Below, in pieces: positions 26,690-39,720 of a DNA stretch of 64,000 nucleotides. Every line of letters starts with the position of its first letter. The stretch's first letter is position 1. The DNA lies in assembly GCF_032444005.1 (NCBI RefSeq), contig NC_091289.1, forward strand, positions 10,354,001-10,418,000, written 5' to 3'. The position numbers were made by a program, and so were the translations under genes. The stretch is from Ranitomeya imitator (taxonomy: Eukaryota). Below the pieces are notes generated by a model. That model made no database searches and had not been told where the DNA came from. It was given only the letters and a program-made list of their open reading frames with translations.

Positions 26690-28530
26690 AAACAGAGCAG
26701 TATTATAGTAGTTATATTCTTGTACATAGGGGCAGTATTATAGTAGTTATATTCTTGTACATAGGGGCAGTATTATAGTAGTTACATTCTTGTACATAGG
26801 AGCAGTATTATAGTAGTTATATTCTTGTACATAGGGGCAGTATTATAGTAGTTATATTCTTGTACATAGGGGCAGTATTATAGTAGTTATATTCTTGTAC
26901 ATAGGGGCAGTATTATAGTAGTTATATTCTTGTACATAGGAGCAGTATTATAGTAGTTATATTCTTGTACATAGGGGCAGTATTATAGTAGTTATATTCT
27001 TGTACATAGGGGCAGTATTATAGTAGTTATATTCTTGTACATAGGGGCAGTATTATAGTAGTTATATTCTTGTACATAGGGGCAGTATTATAGTAGTTAT
27101 ATTCTTGTACATAGGGGCAGTATTATAGTAGTTATATTCTTGTACATAGGGGCAGTATTATAGTAGTTATATTCTTGTACATAGGGGCAGTATTATAGTA
27201 GTTATATTCTTGTACATAGAGGCAGTATTATAGTAGTTATATTCCTGTATATAGGGGGCAGTATTATAGTAGTTATATTCCTGTATATAGGAGCAGTATT
27301 ATAGTAGTTATATTCTTGTACATAGGAGCAGTATTATAGGAGTTATATTCTTGTACATAGGAGCAGTATTATAGCAGTTATATTCTTGTACATAGGAGCA
27401 GTATTATAGCAGTTATATTCTTGTACATAGGGGCAGTATTATAGTAGTTATATTCTTGTACATAGGAGCAGTATTATAGTAGTTATATTCTTGTACATAG
27501 TAGCAGTATTATAGTAGTTATATTCCTGTATATAGGGGGCAGTATTATAGTAGTTATATTCCTGTATATAGGAGCAGTATTATAGTAGTTATATTCTTGT
27601 ACATAGGAGCAGTATTATAGGAGTTATATTCTTGTACATAGGAGCAGTATTATAGCAGTTATATTCTTGTACATAGGGGCAGTATTATAGTAGTTATATT
27701 CTTGTACATAGGAGCAGTATTATAGTAGTTATATTCTTGTACATAGTAGCAGTATTATAGTAGTTATATTCCTGTATATAGGGGGCAGTATTATAGTAGT
27801 TATATTCCTGTATATAGGAGCAGTATTATAGTAGTTATATTCTTGTACATAGGAGCAGTATTATAGGAGTTATATTCTTGTACATAGGAGCAGTATTATA
27901 GCAGTTATATTCTTGTACATAGGGGCAGTATTATAGTAGTTATATTCTTGTACATAGTAGCAGTATTATAGTAGTTATATTCCTGTATATAGGGGGCAGT
28001 ATTATAGTAGTTATATTCCTGTATATAGGAGCAGTATTATAGTAGTTATATTCTTGTACATAGGAGCAGTATTATAGGAGTTATATTCTTGTACATAGGA
28101 GCAGTATTATAGCAGTTATATTCTTGTACATAGGGGCAGTATTATAGTAGTTATATTCTTGTACATAGGAGCAGTATTATAGTAGTTATATTCTTGTACA
28201 TAGTAGCAGTATTATAGTAGTTATATTCCTGTATATAGGGGGCAGTATTATAGTAGTTATATTCCTGTATATAGGAGCAGTATTATAGTAGTTATATTCT
28301 TGTACATAGGAGCAGTATTATAGGAGTTATATTCTTGTACATAGGAGCAGTATTATAGCAGTTATATTCTTGTACATAGGGGCAGTATTATAGTAGTTAT
28401 ATTCTTGTACATAGGAGCAGTATTATAGTAGTTATATTCTTGTACATAGTAGCAGTATTATAGTAGTTATATTCCTGTATATAGGAGCAGTATTATAGTA
28501 GTTATATTCCTGTATATAGGAGCGCTATTA
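26690..28530. repeat. 35-bp AT-rich minisatellite (~52 units)
   Basis: Unit ggcagtattatagtagttatattcttgtacatagg. Confidence 0.96.
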
Positions 28531-29132
28531 CAGTAATTATATAATTTTACAACAGGTTGCATTCCACTGCACAATAACTACAGGGGAGCTAGATTTTAAG
28601 CTGCGTCCCTTTAACTGAACCCTGGCATCAGGTTGGTTGAGCAGAATTCCGCTATTTAAATAGAACGGGCTTCTCCTCGCCCGCTCACAGCTGTGCTTTG
28701 CACACCGGATTATGGGACTAGAAAAAAAAAAGAGCCAAGATATAATTGAATGAGCACTGCTAATGCCCCAGATGTATCACAGAAGGAGACAGAGGCTTAA
28801 CCGAACAATGGACCGGCATTACGGCCCCCGTGAAGAGTAATGCCCGGCTCTCAGTGAAAATCCCAGCTCCAAATGAATCATATCACACTATATCAAAACC
28901 CAGGAATCCGGTGTTATGTTGTAGCTGAAGGGCAGGTGTGTGTCGGGCGGACGGCCGCCTTTTATCCCCCTTTCTTTTGTGTCTGATACGCTGGGTACAT
29001 GGCATCTAAATTGGCAGTTTTGTGCATTTTTATGGACTATTTTCTTTCTTTTTTTTAAAAAAAAGCCCAAGATGTTGAGACAAGTTGCTTAGTAATGCAT
29101 GAAGGCGCACGTTCATCAAGCTTGTGTCTTAA

Positions 29133-29779
29133 AGGGAACCTGTCACCCCAAAAATCGCGGGTGAGGTAAGCCCACCGGCATCAGGGGCTTATCTGCAGCA
29201 TTCTGTAATTCTGTAGATAAGCCCCCGATGTTACCTGAAAAAGGATAAAAAGACGTTATATTATACTCACCCAGGGGCGGTCCCACGGCTGGTCCGGTCG
29301 GATGGGGGTCTCTGGTCCGCTGTGGCGCCTCCTATCTTCTTTCCATGACGTCCTCTTCTGATCTTCAGCCACGGCTCCGGCGCAGGCGTACTTTGCTCTG
29401 CCCTGTTGAGGGCAGACAAAGTACTGCAGTGCGCAGGCGCCGGAAAGGTCAGAGGCCCGGCGCCTGCGCACTGCAGTACTTTGTCTGCCCTCAACAGGGC
29501 AGAGCAAAGTACGCCTGCGCCGGAGCCGTGGCTGAAGATCAGAAGAGGACGTCTTGTAATGAAGATGGGAGGCGCTGCAGCGGACCGGAGACCCCCATCC
29601 GACCGGTTCAGCAGCGGGACCGCCCCTGGGTGAGTATAATATAACGTCTTTTTCTCCTTTTTCAGGTAACATCGGGGGCTTATCTACAGCATTCCAGAAT
29701 GCATTACAGAATGCTGTAGATAAGCCCCTGATGCCGGTGGGCTTACCTCACCCGCGATTTTCGGGGTGACAGGTTCCCT
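29133..29779. mobile_element. T2/Kolobok-type fold-back MITE (647 bp)
   Basis: TTAA TSD; same agggaacctgtcaccc termini as 19032-19842 but different interior; palindromic arms. Confidence 0.9.
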
Positions 29780-29929
29780 TTAAAGGGGCTGTCTGCAATA
29801 AATACCTCCGTGTCTCATCATACCTAGTGAAGGTTGTCCCCCCTCTAGAGACAAGGGGGGAGGTAACAACATGGACGCCTCTGAGTTTAGGTGTATGATA
29901 AGTAGCCCCGTCTCTTCTTCTGGACTTAC

Positions 29930-30118
29930 CTTTGCACACCAGGGGGGAGCTGATGGGCTCAGTGGGGTCCCGGTAATATCCCGCCCTGCATCTCTGGCAG
30001 CGGTGCCCTTCAGTGTTGTGCTGACAGTTTTCACAAACTCCTCCGCTTTTCTTTCCAGAGGACACCCAGATGCCAGGATCGAAGTGACAGCTGACGGCGT
30101 GATTGTGACAACGACAAC
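29930..30118 (-). CDS. Netrin-4-like exon 5 (LE2)
   Basis: 189 nt, CRCHNHAVSCHFDPGIWVSSGKKSGGVCENCQHNTEGHRCQRCRAGYYRDPTEPISSPLVCK; G|gtaagt donor. Confidence 0.95.
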
Positions 30119-30236
30119 CTATACGTGGAGACGGTAGAGGAAGGCGAGATATTACCGGAGACCATAGCGACAACCAAGACATGAAAGCTCCTCTGTAGCC
30201 ATCAATCTGTCCATCCATCCATCTCATATCCATCTA

Positions 30237-30414
30237 CAGGTGCTTCTCACATTAGATCATCATCAAAAAGTTAATTTATTTCAGTTCTTCAATACAAAAA
30301 GTGAAACCCATATATTTTATAGAGCCATTACACACAGAGTGATCTATTTCACGTGTTTATTTCTGTTAATGTTGATGATTATGGCTTACAGCCAATGAAA
30401 ACTCAAAAGTCTTT
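30237..30414. mobile_element. Isolated Tc1 TIR fragment, same family as 41476-44008
   Basis: ta|caggtgcttctcaca...tcatcaaaaagttaatttatttcagttcttcaatacaaaaagtgaaac nearly identical to 41476 onward. Confidence 0.8.
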
Positions 30415-30468
30415 ATCTTGTTTGCTTTTGCTGCTGCTGCTTGACATTGAGTGCTGCTGCTCAGCTTA

Positions 30469-30779
30469 GGCTACGTTCAGACTAGCGTTGTGCTAGTGTG
30501 CGTCGGGTTAGCGTCGGGCGACGCACGAGTCATGCGCCCCTATGTTTAACATGGGGGACGCATGCGTTTTTGTTTGTTGCGTTTTGCGACGCATGCGTCT
30601 TTTTTGCCGCAAGCGTCGGACCAAGAAAACGCAACAAGTTGTATTTTTCTTGCGTCCGATTTTCGGCAAAAAACGACGCACGCGTCGCAAAACGCAGCGT
30701 TTTTGCGTGCGTTTTGCCGCGTTTTTGCGTGCGTTGTGTCGCCGACGCAGCGGCGCACAACGATAGTCTGAACGTAGCC
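30469..30779. mobile_element. PIF/Harbinger-type MITE
   Basis: TIR ggctacgttcagacta / tagtctgaacgtagcc with TTA on both sides. Confidence 0.8.
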
Positions 30780-31032
30780 TTACCTGTATCCCGAGTCCCC
30801 CGTCCTTCTCCTGTTCTGTGGTCCCGAGTATTCTCCCATCTAATGTATATGTAGCTATAGGATTACTCCTTCCCTCAGTGCATTACTTTACAGTTATATT
30901 AAATCTCATTTGCCGAGTGTTTGCCCATTCAGTCATCCTAGTCAATCGTTTTGTAATGTCAAGGTCAGATTTTAATATCCTACATAGTTTGGTGTCGTCA
31001 GCATCTGTCCTGTGTATTTTTTTCACACTTAC

Positions 31033-31159
31033 GTTTGCACTCGTTGGGGGCTCCGGTTTTCCCATCTCCAGGCCTCCATGGGACATCATTGTACATTGGG
31101 GCGCACTTTTCACAGTGATCCCCTGCGGTGTTATGTTGGCACACACATTTCCCATGGAC
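31033..31159 (-). CDS. Netrin-4-like exon 4 (LE1)
   Basis: 127 nt, [42 protein letters not shown]; AG/GT flanks; frame not shown in ORF track. Confidence 0.94.
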
Positions 31160-31946
31160 CTGAAGAGATAAAATACAAGTTACTCTTCATTGTATTCATC
31201 ACATGAGCTGTGTATCTAATCTGATCATGCGGGATAGTGTCTGCAGCGTTTAGCCCCAACATGAGAAGCGTTCAGCACTACAACCCCCATCATCACATGT
31301 TACATTGCATGTAATGTGGCAATGACTCGGTGCCGGTCGTCCTCTGATGATGGAGATCTGGCGGCTATGGGCGCACAGAATCTGGGTCAGGCCTTAATAT
31401 GATCGTCCCCAACCCCTCATTGTTCCTTTGTATCACATTATTCTGTTGTTTGTAATCTGGGGGGCACAGCGGCTCCATGTGCAGAGGCAGCGCCCCCCGG
31501 CTGGCCTGCTCGGCAGCTCATGTCACTGTCCCGGATGGTTTTTGGCACAGGACCCAGGCAGACTTTTTTTCTCCTCCATCCAGCTGGTCTTTGAATTGCC
31601 GACCCAGCAGCAGAGCTGCACCGTGCCTGGAGGTCACCAAGCCTGGCACGGCCTAGATCAGATAGTTTGGAAACCGCTGGGGATTATCAGGGTGAAGGCA
31701 CAAGATGTTTGGACAGGAGATAACTACTGGAAACGGAGGAGGGTTATAGAAGGAATGTGCTAAATCCACTAAGAAATGTCTGTGCGCAAAAACAAGAGTC
31801 ACCTCGGGTGACCTGGAGCCACCAGCCTGGAGCTGCTGCTGGACGTGACCCCCTGCAGGGAACCAAGAGGAAAAGAGACAGCGAGGGCATCTGCAGAAAA
31901 TCAGGAGGGGCTCTGCAGGATCAGGGTGCAAATATATCAGAGGATG

Positions 31947-33313
31947 CTGGTCACCAAGGACTGGAACCCGAAACAGCTGGTCACCAAAGAATGGGACACC
32001 AAACAGCTGATCGCCAGGAACTGGGACACCAAACAGCTAGTCACGAGGGACTGGGACACCAAACAGCTGGTCACCAAGGACTGGAACACAAAACAGCTGA
32101 TCGCCAAGAACTGGGACACCAAACAGCTGGTCACCAGGAACTGGAACACCAAACAGCTGGTCACGAGGGACTGGGACACCAAACAGCTGGTCACGAGGGA
32201 CTGGGACACCAAACAGCTGGTCACGAGGGACTGGGACACCAAACAGCTGGTCACCAGGAACTGGAATACCAAACAGCTGGTCACGAGGGACTGGGACACC
32301 AAACAGCTGATCGCCAGGAACCGGGACACCAAACAGCTGATCGCCAGGAACTGGAACACCAAACAGCTGGTCACGAGGGACTGGGACACCAAACAGCTGG
32401 TCACGAGGGACTGGGACACCAAACAGCTGATCGCCAGGAACTGGGACACCAAACAGCTGATCGCCAGGAACTGGGACATCAAACAGCTGGTCACCAGGAA
32501 CTGGGACACCAAACAGCTGGTCATGAGGGACTGGGACACCAAACAGCTGGTCACGAGGGACTGGGACACCAAACAGCTGGTCACGAGGGACTGGGACACC
32601 AAACAGCTGGTCACGAGGGACTGGGACACCAAACAGCTGGTCACCAGGGACTGGGACACCAAACAGCTGGTCACAAGGAACTGGGACACCAAACAGCTGG
32701 TCACCAGGGACTGGGACACCAAACAGCTGATCGCCAGGAACTGGGACACCAAACAGCTGGTCACGAGGAACTGGGACACCAAACAGCTGATCGCCAGGAA
32801 CTGGGACACCAAACAGCTGATCGCCAGGAACTGGGACACCAAACAGCTGGTCACCAGGAACACCAAACAGCTGGTCACGAGGGACTGGGACACCAAACAG
32901 CTGGTTACGAGGGACTGGGACACCAAACAGCTGGTCACCAGGGACTGGGACACCAAACAGCTGGTCACGAGGGACTGGGACACCAAACAGCTGGTCACCA
33001 GGGACTGGGACACCAAACAGCTGGTCACCAGGGACTGGGACACCAAACAGCTGGTCACCAGGGACTGGGACACCAAACAGCTGGTCACCAGGGACTGGGA
33101 CACCAAACAGCTGGTCACCAAAGAATGGGACACCAAACAGCTGGTCACGAGGGACTGGGACAGCAAACAGCTGGTCACCAGGAACTGGGACACCAAACAG
33201 CTGATCGCCAGGAACTGGGACACCAAACTACTGGTCACCAAGGACTCGGACACCAAACAGCTGGCCACCAGGGACTGGGACACCAAAAAGCTGATCGCCA
33301 GGTACTGGGTCAG
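31947..33313 (+). repeat. 30-bp tandem repeat (~45 units), stop-free in several frames
   Basis: Unit ctgggacaccaaacagctggtcacgaggga; one 21-bp unit near 32860. Confidence 0.95.
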
Positions 33314-34828
33314 TAAACCGCCAGAGTTACCCCAGTGTTTCATACAAGACTTCACACCAGGTTATGTCAGAATGGTCCATTGTAATATATTACTTTGCCC
33401 CAACACCTGGTCCGTATCCTTCCTTACATTGAGAGCCACATTCAGTGGCCCCCATTAAGTCCCCCATTAGTGACACTGAGAACCTGGTATAAGACGTCCT
33501 TAAAGGCAGGATTCTCACATCCACTTTACCACAGTCCGTGTCCTTACGACCAGCAGACTTGCCACACTATTGTACCCAGCTTTGAGCACCCCTATAACTG
33601 GTAGTGTCAGTATACCCCCCACCCCATGTAGGACCATCCAGACATGGTTGTTATACTTGGTGCTAATGCACCAAACTGGCAGACAGCCGTGAATACACAC
33701 CATGGGCCTGCGAGCCTCAGGTTGGGGACCCCCTGCCCTAATACAATTAGCAGGAGACTATTCCTGCAGCGTCAGATCATATACCCCATAAAGAGCAAGT
33801 CGCTCGCAGTTGGAGCTGCCAGTGTCTGTGCATTAACATTTTGCTGAACCCGGGATTGCGGGGGCTATGGTTAGGGCTGGGTCACATCCCTGTTGGAGCG
33901 CTGCCAGTTGAGAGATATGCATGGGGTGGGGTGAGGGGTTAGTAGATCCGGCCACCCCTTCACAGTGGAGGTCAGGTTGTGCCAGCATCCCCCCAGGGCC
34001 TCATGTAGTGGCAGACACAGACAGAAGGGGCTCCTGTGCAAGAGCAGTATATGGGCCCTGTGCAGTCCAATATCTCATAATGCACAATTCCACCTGCTTT
34101 GGAGCCTGATGTGGCCCCCGACCTCCTGGACCCCTGTGCGGCTGCACCAATTATATTTCCGCCCGTGGCTTCATGCTCACTGTGTAATGACACCGGATAG
34201 TGGTCCCACCAACATTATGGACGTCTAAAATTTTGAGCACATTTTAGCACAACGTGTAACTTTCAACATGAAAAATAGGAAAAAAAAGATTGAAGACAAA
34301 AATAAAGAGAATTTTTGATTTGGCGCAATATTTGTGAGCTATGCGCACCAGTTTGATAGCTTTGGAGGAAAAAAAAAAATCAATATCAACGAAAACCACA
34401 AGATAAAAAAAAAAGTTACTTAAAGTAAAAATTGCAAAAGATGAACCAATCCCTTTGTATTGCAAGCCTTCTCTGAGCGCTGATTGCTGTCATTGAATGG
34501 ACCGTTCAGCCCGGATAGTCCTATGTGAGCGAAATGCTTGACACGAATCTTTCCTATGCTCTGATCAATTATAGCAAACTATCAGCGCAGGTAAAATGTA
34601 ATCTGGAGTCTACACGAAATACATTGCAGCAAAGCCACAGCTATAAGTAGTGCTAGATCAGGATGGGTTTTAGCCTCTTCATGTACAAAAATGTAATGAT
34701 TTATGTTAAGAAAGCAGAGGTCTTGTAAATGGGGTTAAATGGGGACACAAAATACATCTACAGCCGTACACATCACTATTCGGTCTGATTCGGTACAATG
34801 TATCGGTGCAGGGAGAATATATCATCTT

Positions 34829-35607
34829 CGGCTGTGTGCACACGGTGCGTTTTTGCTGCGTTTTTTAAATGCAGATTTGTCACAAAACCTGAAGGGTTTC
34901 CTGACGCAGCACAGTGAATGGGAATCCTGAAGTCTCGTGCACACGGCGCTTATTTTTAACTTGCAGACTTAACACTATATGCAGTGTTAACTCTGTGCCT
35001 ATGTTCACATGTTGCGTTTTTTATGTGTTTTTTTTCCAGAGGCAAAATCTGCTCTCTTGGCAGTAAGAAACTTGCCTTTAAAAAAAAAAGCAGGTTTTGC
35101 TCAGTTTTTGTTGCACTTTTTTCCTGCGATTTTGCCATGGTACATTTGTCCCTTGTGCATGCCGATAAATTTTAATGCATAAAAAAAAAAAAGTTTGATT
35201 CTACCTCATTAGGTTTTGACACCAAAAGAAAAAAACTTCTTTCAATGGGTGAAAACCACTAAAAGAAGCGACATGCTGCATTGCTGCATTTGTCACAAAG
35301 CAAGGTATTGCACAAATACTGAGTACAAAAAACAAGCTGTGTTCATGAGATGTCTGAAATTTCATAGACTTTGCTAGTACTGGAAAACGCAGCTGAAATT
35401 GTGCATAAAAAACATATTTAAAAAATGCAACATGTGAGCAGCCTTTTTGCTGCAGATTGCACCCATACTAATGAGTGGGGAAGAATCTGCACCAAAAATG
35501 CAAGTAAGAAATGGAAAAAAAAAAAAATGGCTTTTTGCTGCTATATTTTTCCTGCCAAGCGATGCAGAAATTTCTGCACCAAATATTTCAACGTGTGCAC
35601 ATAGCCT
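34829..35607. mobile_element. Degenerate Harbinger-like MITE remnants
   Basis: ggctgtgtgcacacgg / gcctatgttcacatgttgcg ... caacgtgtgcacatagcc termini; boundaries approximate. Confidence 0.5.
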
Positions 35608-36075
35608 AAAGTCACGTGCACACACTGAGCATTTGGTGAGTTTTTGCATCAGTATTTGTAAGCCAAAGCCAAGAGATCAAAAGACAGAGAAAAATTTAAT
35701 TCACAAAAAATTCTCTAGATTGGATCCCTTGTAGCAAAGTATTAGGTCAGGATGATTTTTCTGCCTCTGGATCTAAACAAGAACATTCCGGTCACTGACA
35801 TCTAGCAGAGGTCTTAAAAATGAGGAAAATTGTATGCACAAGAATAATAAAAACACCATAATAATAAAAAGACACCAAAGACAGTTTAAAAACTAAATAA
35901 ATAAAAAGAGACCAGTAAAGCAGAAGTACACGGACTAATGTGTATGTGCTCTTCCGGCTCTGCAGAAAGCAGGATGACAATCCCTATGGGCCATGTGACG
36001 TCTGACAACTATGAAAGCCAAGCAGCACCTGTGACATTGATAGGACTAAGATGTCTGCTCTGCCCCTTTACTCAC

Positions 36076-36342
36076 AGCAGCCTCTGCTCCCGCCATGCTC
36101 CCCGCCTGCTCACACGCCTCCGCATGTCCATTGCAGAAACAGCTTCCACGTACGATCAGATCATAAATGGCGTAGTAAGCGAATCTCTGGGGCTTCTCCT
36201 GTAATCCGCGCACAGCCTGGCATGGACAGTCCTGTCTCTTTAAGAGCAGAAGTCTCAGGTTAGTGATCTTCAGCAGCTCCTGTGCCTGAGGACTGTACGG
36301 ATCCTCAATTCTATTAGCCGGATTTAAGGCTCGAAATATCAC
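36076..36342 (-). CDS. Netrin-4-like exon 3 (end of LN domain, start of LE1)
   Basis: 267 nt, VIFRALNPANRIEDPYSPQAQELLKITNLR...YYAIYDLIVRGSCFCNGHAEACEQAGSMAGAEAA; GCT|gtgagt donor. Confidence 0.95.
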
Positions 36343-36641
36343 CTGGAAGCAAGAGGGGGTGCAAACACAACGTTACAATAACTACAGTGCAGTAAGTCTT
36401 CATACAGGAAAATATATATCACTGCACCGTGTTAGCGCCTAGATAGAAAAATATTAAGATTTGAGAGTCCTCAGTGGTTAATACCTTTTTTTTTAATGGC
36501 TAACTGAACAGGAACAAATTGCAGCTCAGTGCAGGAATGAACGTGTCACATGGATTTATGTCTTTCTACATGAACCATGGAGTGTGCTCCTCAGACCATG
36601 AGGGGTCATCACAACCCTGGACCAGACCCCAATCACAGGAC

Positions 36642-36919
36642 AATAATAATAATCTTTATTTTTATATAGCGCTAACATATTCCGCAGCGCTTTACAGGTT
36701 GCACACATTATCATCGCTGTCCCCGATGGGGCTCACAATCTAGATTCCCTATCAGTATGTCTTTGGAATGTGGGAGGAAACCGGAGAACCCGGAGAAAAC
36801 CCACGCAAACACGGAGAGAACATACAAACTCTTTGCAGATGTCGTCCTTGGTGGGGTTTGAACCCAGGACACCAGCGCTGCAAGGCTGCTGTGCTAACCA
36901 CTAAGCCACCGTGCTGCCC
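36642..36919 (-). mobile_element. tRNA-derived V-SINE
   Basis: Minus strand: A box TGGCTTAGTGG, B box GGTTCAAACC, V-domain-like gagtttgtatgttctctccgtgtttgcgtgggtttt, (ATT)n tail. Confidence 0.85.
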
Positions 36920-38449
36920 CAATAAAACTTCCACACTCCTTATCTATGAACTGTTCCAATATTCACGGCCACAACTGTTTCTCCCTCTCCCTCTGATCGT
37001 TCGGCTTCCCGTCACTCGTCTTATCTATTGCATTATTCCTGTGTCCCGTTGTGTATAAATATGGGATTCTTAACATTTTCTGTTATCCTGAGCCCGATGA
37101 ACGGACTTGAGGAGTCTCCAAAGCTGCAATTTGTTACCGTCTTTTCAGTTAGCCAATAAAAAGAGGTGTATCGCAATATTGTAGTAAATGTTCAGGACTC
37201 ATGCTCCAGTCACATCCAGAGCTGCAGTCCCAGTTCTGCTTTATGTTGTATCTTGCAGAATGCCGTCCTGTAATCTCACAGCTGTTCACTGTTCAGCTCT
37301 TTGCTGGATTGCATTGATGTCATGTCTGTAGTGTATTATAGGAGCCAGATGAGGTGACATCCGCCATGTGGCATCCTGAAGAATTATGAATGCAGCTCTT
37401 GGGCTAGATTCACACGTTGTGGCCAAGATGCGTATTTTGCCTCAACATGACAAAAATAAACTGTTTTTTTCCTGCAATTTTCAGCAAAAATATTGTGGTG
37501 AGAAAACTGCCCTGCAGCCGCAACGTGAGAGCACGGCCTTAATGAGACTTTCTTAAAAACCAGACTAAGGCAGTGCCATATATTGTGTAATTACAGGAAC
37601 TCGGCTTAGGCAGTGATCTCTGCTTGCTGGCATTCAGCAGAATTTTGAATGCAGCTCTGGATGTGAGTGCAGACATCCTCCAGCGGAAAGGCAGTGCTAT
37701 CTATTATGTACCCGGGATAATAAGAATAATTGTGGCTTATTCATGGCAGCACATCGCACGGGCACTGGCGCTCTGTTGTGACTGCACACGTAGCGTGATC
37801 TGCGTCACAGTATTCATGCCCGGTCAACTGTCATGAACATTTCTAATAACCGCCCTCATCCCCAGCAGCGAGAGTCCGATGTCCCAGCCCCCCACTGTTT
37901 AGGAGATGCTCACCCCGCTGGGCCACAAAAATGCTCTATTCTATTGCAGCAGTCGGGAAGAAATGGAATTTCAGCTCCGCTGACACAAGTGTGTCTACCC
38001 CTCTACTGACGGGCCGTGCCTGGGACCCCCGTGGTTCTGTTATGAGGCAGGGGCTCCTCTATGCAATTAACCCTTTGTTTAATGAGAAGTTCCTTTATAG
38101 AGTCAAAAAGGTTAAAATTGCTCAAATAGCAATGGGCTGAATGTAACTTAAACATATTAACACTAATTACCATAAATATTGGCACAAGCTATGAGCCCCC
38201 TATTACAGGTGCTGCCATCCTGCATTCATACCATTGCCCAACATAACAGAAGCATAAGACCTCACCACTGGGTATATTTCATTTTGATCATTTTAAAATG
38301 ACCCAAGCGTTAGGGTTTATTAACTTTATAACATATTTATTACTGATGAAACTTGATTTTACCGTTACACAGTTCAAAATCCCTTCCATAAACCAAGGCG
38401 AATAACACAATTCAAGCCACCAATACAAGATATATATATATACACTGCA

Positions 38450-39720
38450 GCCACCACTAGGGGGCGCTCCCTGTATACAGAGATACATGATAAGATCCTG
38501 TCTGCAGCCACCACTAGGGGAGCTCCCTGTATACAGAGATACATGATAAGGTTCTGTCTGCTGCCACCACTAGGGGGAGCTCCCTGTATACAGAGATACA
38601 TGATAAGATCCTGTCTGCAGTCACCACTAGGGGGAGCTCCCTGTATACAGAGATACATGATAAGAACCTGTCTGCAGTCACCACTAGGGGGAGCTCCCTG
38701 TATAGAGAGATACATGATAAGATCCTGTCTGCAGTCACCACTAGGGGGAGCTCCCTGTATACTGAGATACATGGTAAGATCCTGTCTGCAGTCACCACTA
38801 GGGGGAGCTCCCTGTATACAGAGATGCATGATAAGATCCTGTCTGCAGTCACCACTAGGGGAGCTCCCTGTATACAGAGATACATGATAAGAACCTGTCT
38901 GCAGTCACCACTAGGGGGAGCTCCCTGTATACAGAGATACATGATAAGGTTCTGTCTGCTGCCACCACTAGAGGGGCTCTCTGTATACAGAGATACATGA
39001 TAAGATCCTGTCTGCAGCCACCACTAGGGGGAGGTCCCTGTATACAGAGATACATGATAAGATTCTGTCTGCAGCCACCACTAGGGGGAGCTCCCTGTAT
39101 ACAGAGATACATGATAAGATCCTGTCTGCAGCCACCACTAGGGGGAGGTCCCTGTATACAGAGATACATGATAAGATTCTGTCTGCAGCCACCACTAGGG
39201 GGAGCTCCCTGTATACAGAGATACATGATAAGATCCTGTCTGCAGCCACCACTAGGGGGAGCTCCCTGTATACAGAGATACATGATAAGATCCTGTCTGC
39301 AGTCACCACTAGGGGGAGCTCCCGGTATACAAAGATACATGATAAAATCCTGTCTGCAGCCACCACTAGGGGGAGCTCCCTGTATACAGAGATACATGAT
39401 AAGATCCTGTCTGCAGTCACCACTAGGGGGAGCTCCCTGTATACAGAGATACATGATAAGGTTCTGTCTGCTGCCACCACTAGCGTGAGCTCCCTGCATA
39501 CAGAGATACATGATAAGATCCTGTCTGCAGTCACCACTAGGGGGAGCTCCCTGTATATAGAGATACATGATAAGATCCTGTCTGCAGCCACCACTAGGGG
39601 GAGCTCCCTGTATACAGAGATACATGATAAGATCCTGTCTGCAGCCATCACTTGGGGGAGCTCCCTGTATACAGAGATACATGATAAGATCCTGTCTGCA
39701 GTCACCACTAGGGGGAGCTC
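38450..39720. repeat. 57-bp minisatellite, inverted orientation (~22 units), CTCF-like motif on plus strand
   Basis: Unit ccactagggggagctccctgtatacagagatacatgataagatcctgtctgcagtca, reverse complement of the 20-25 kb arrays. Confidence 0.96.
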
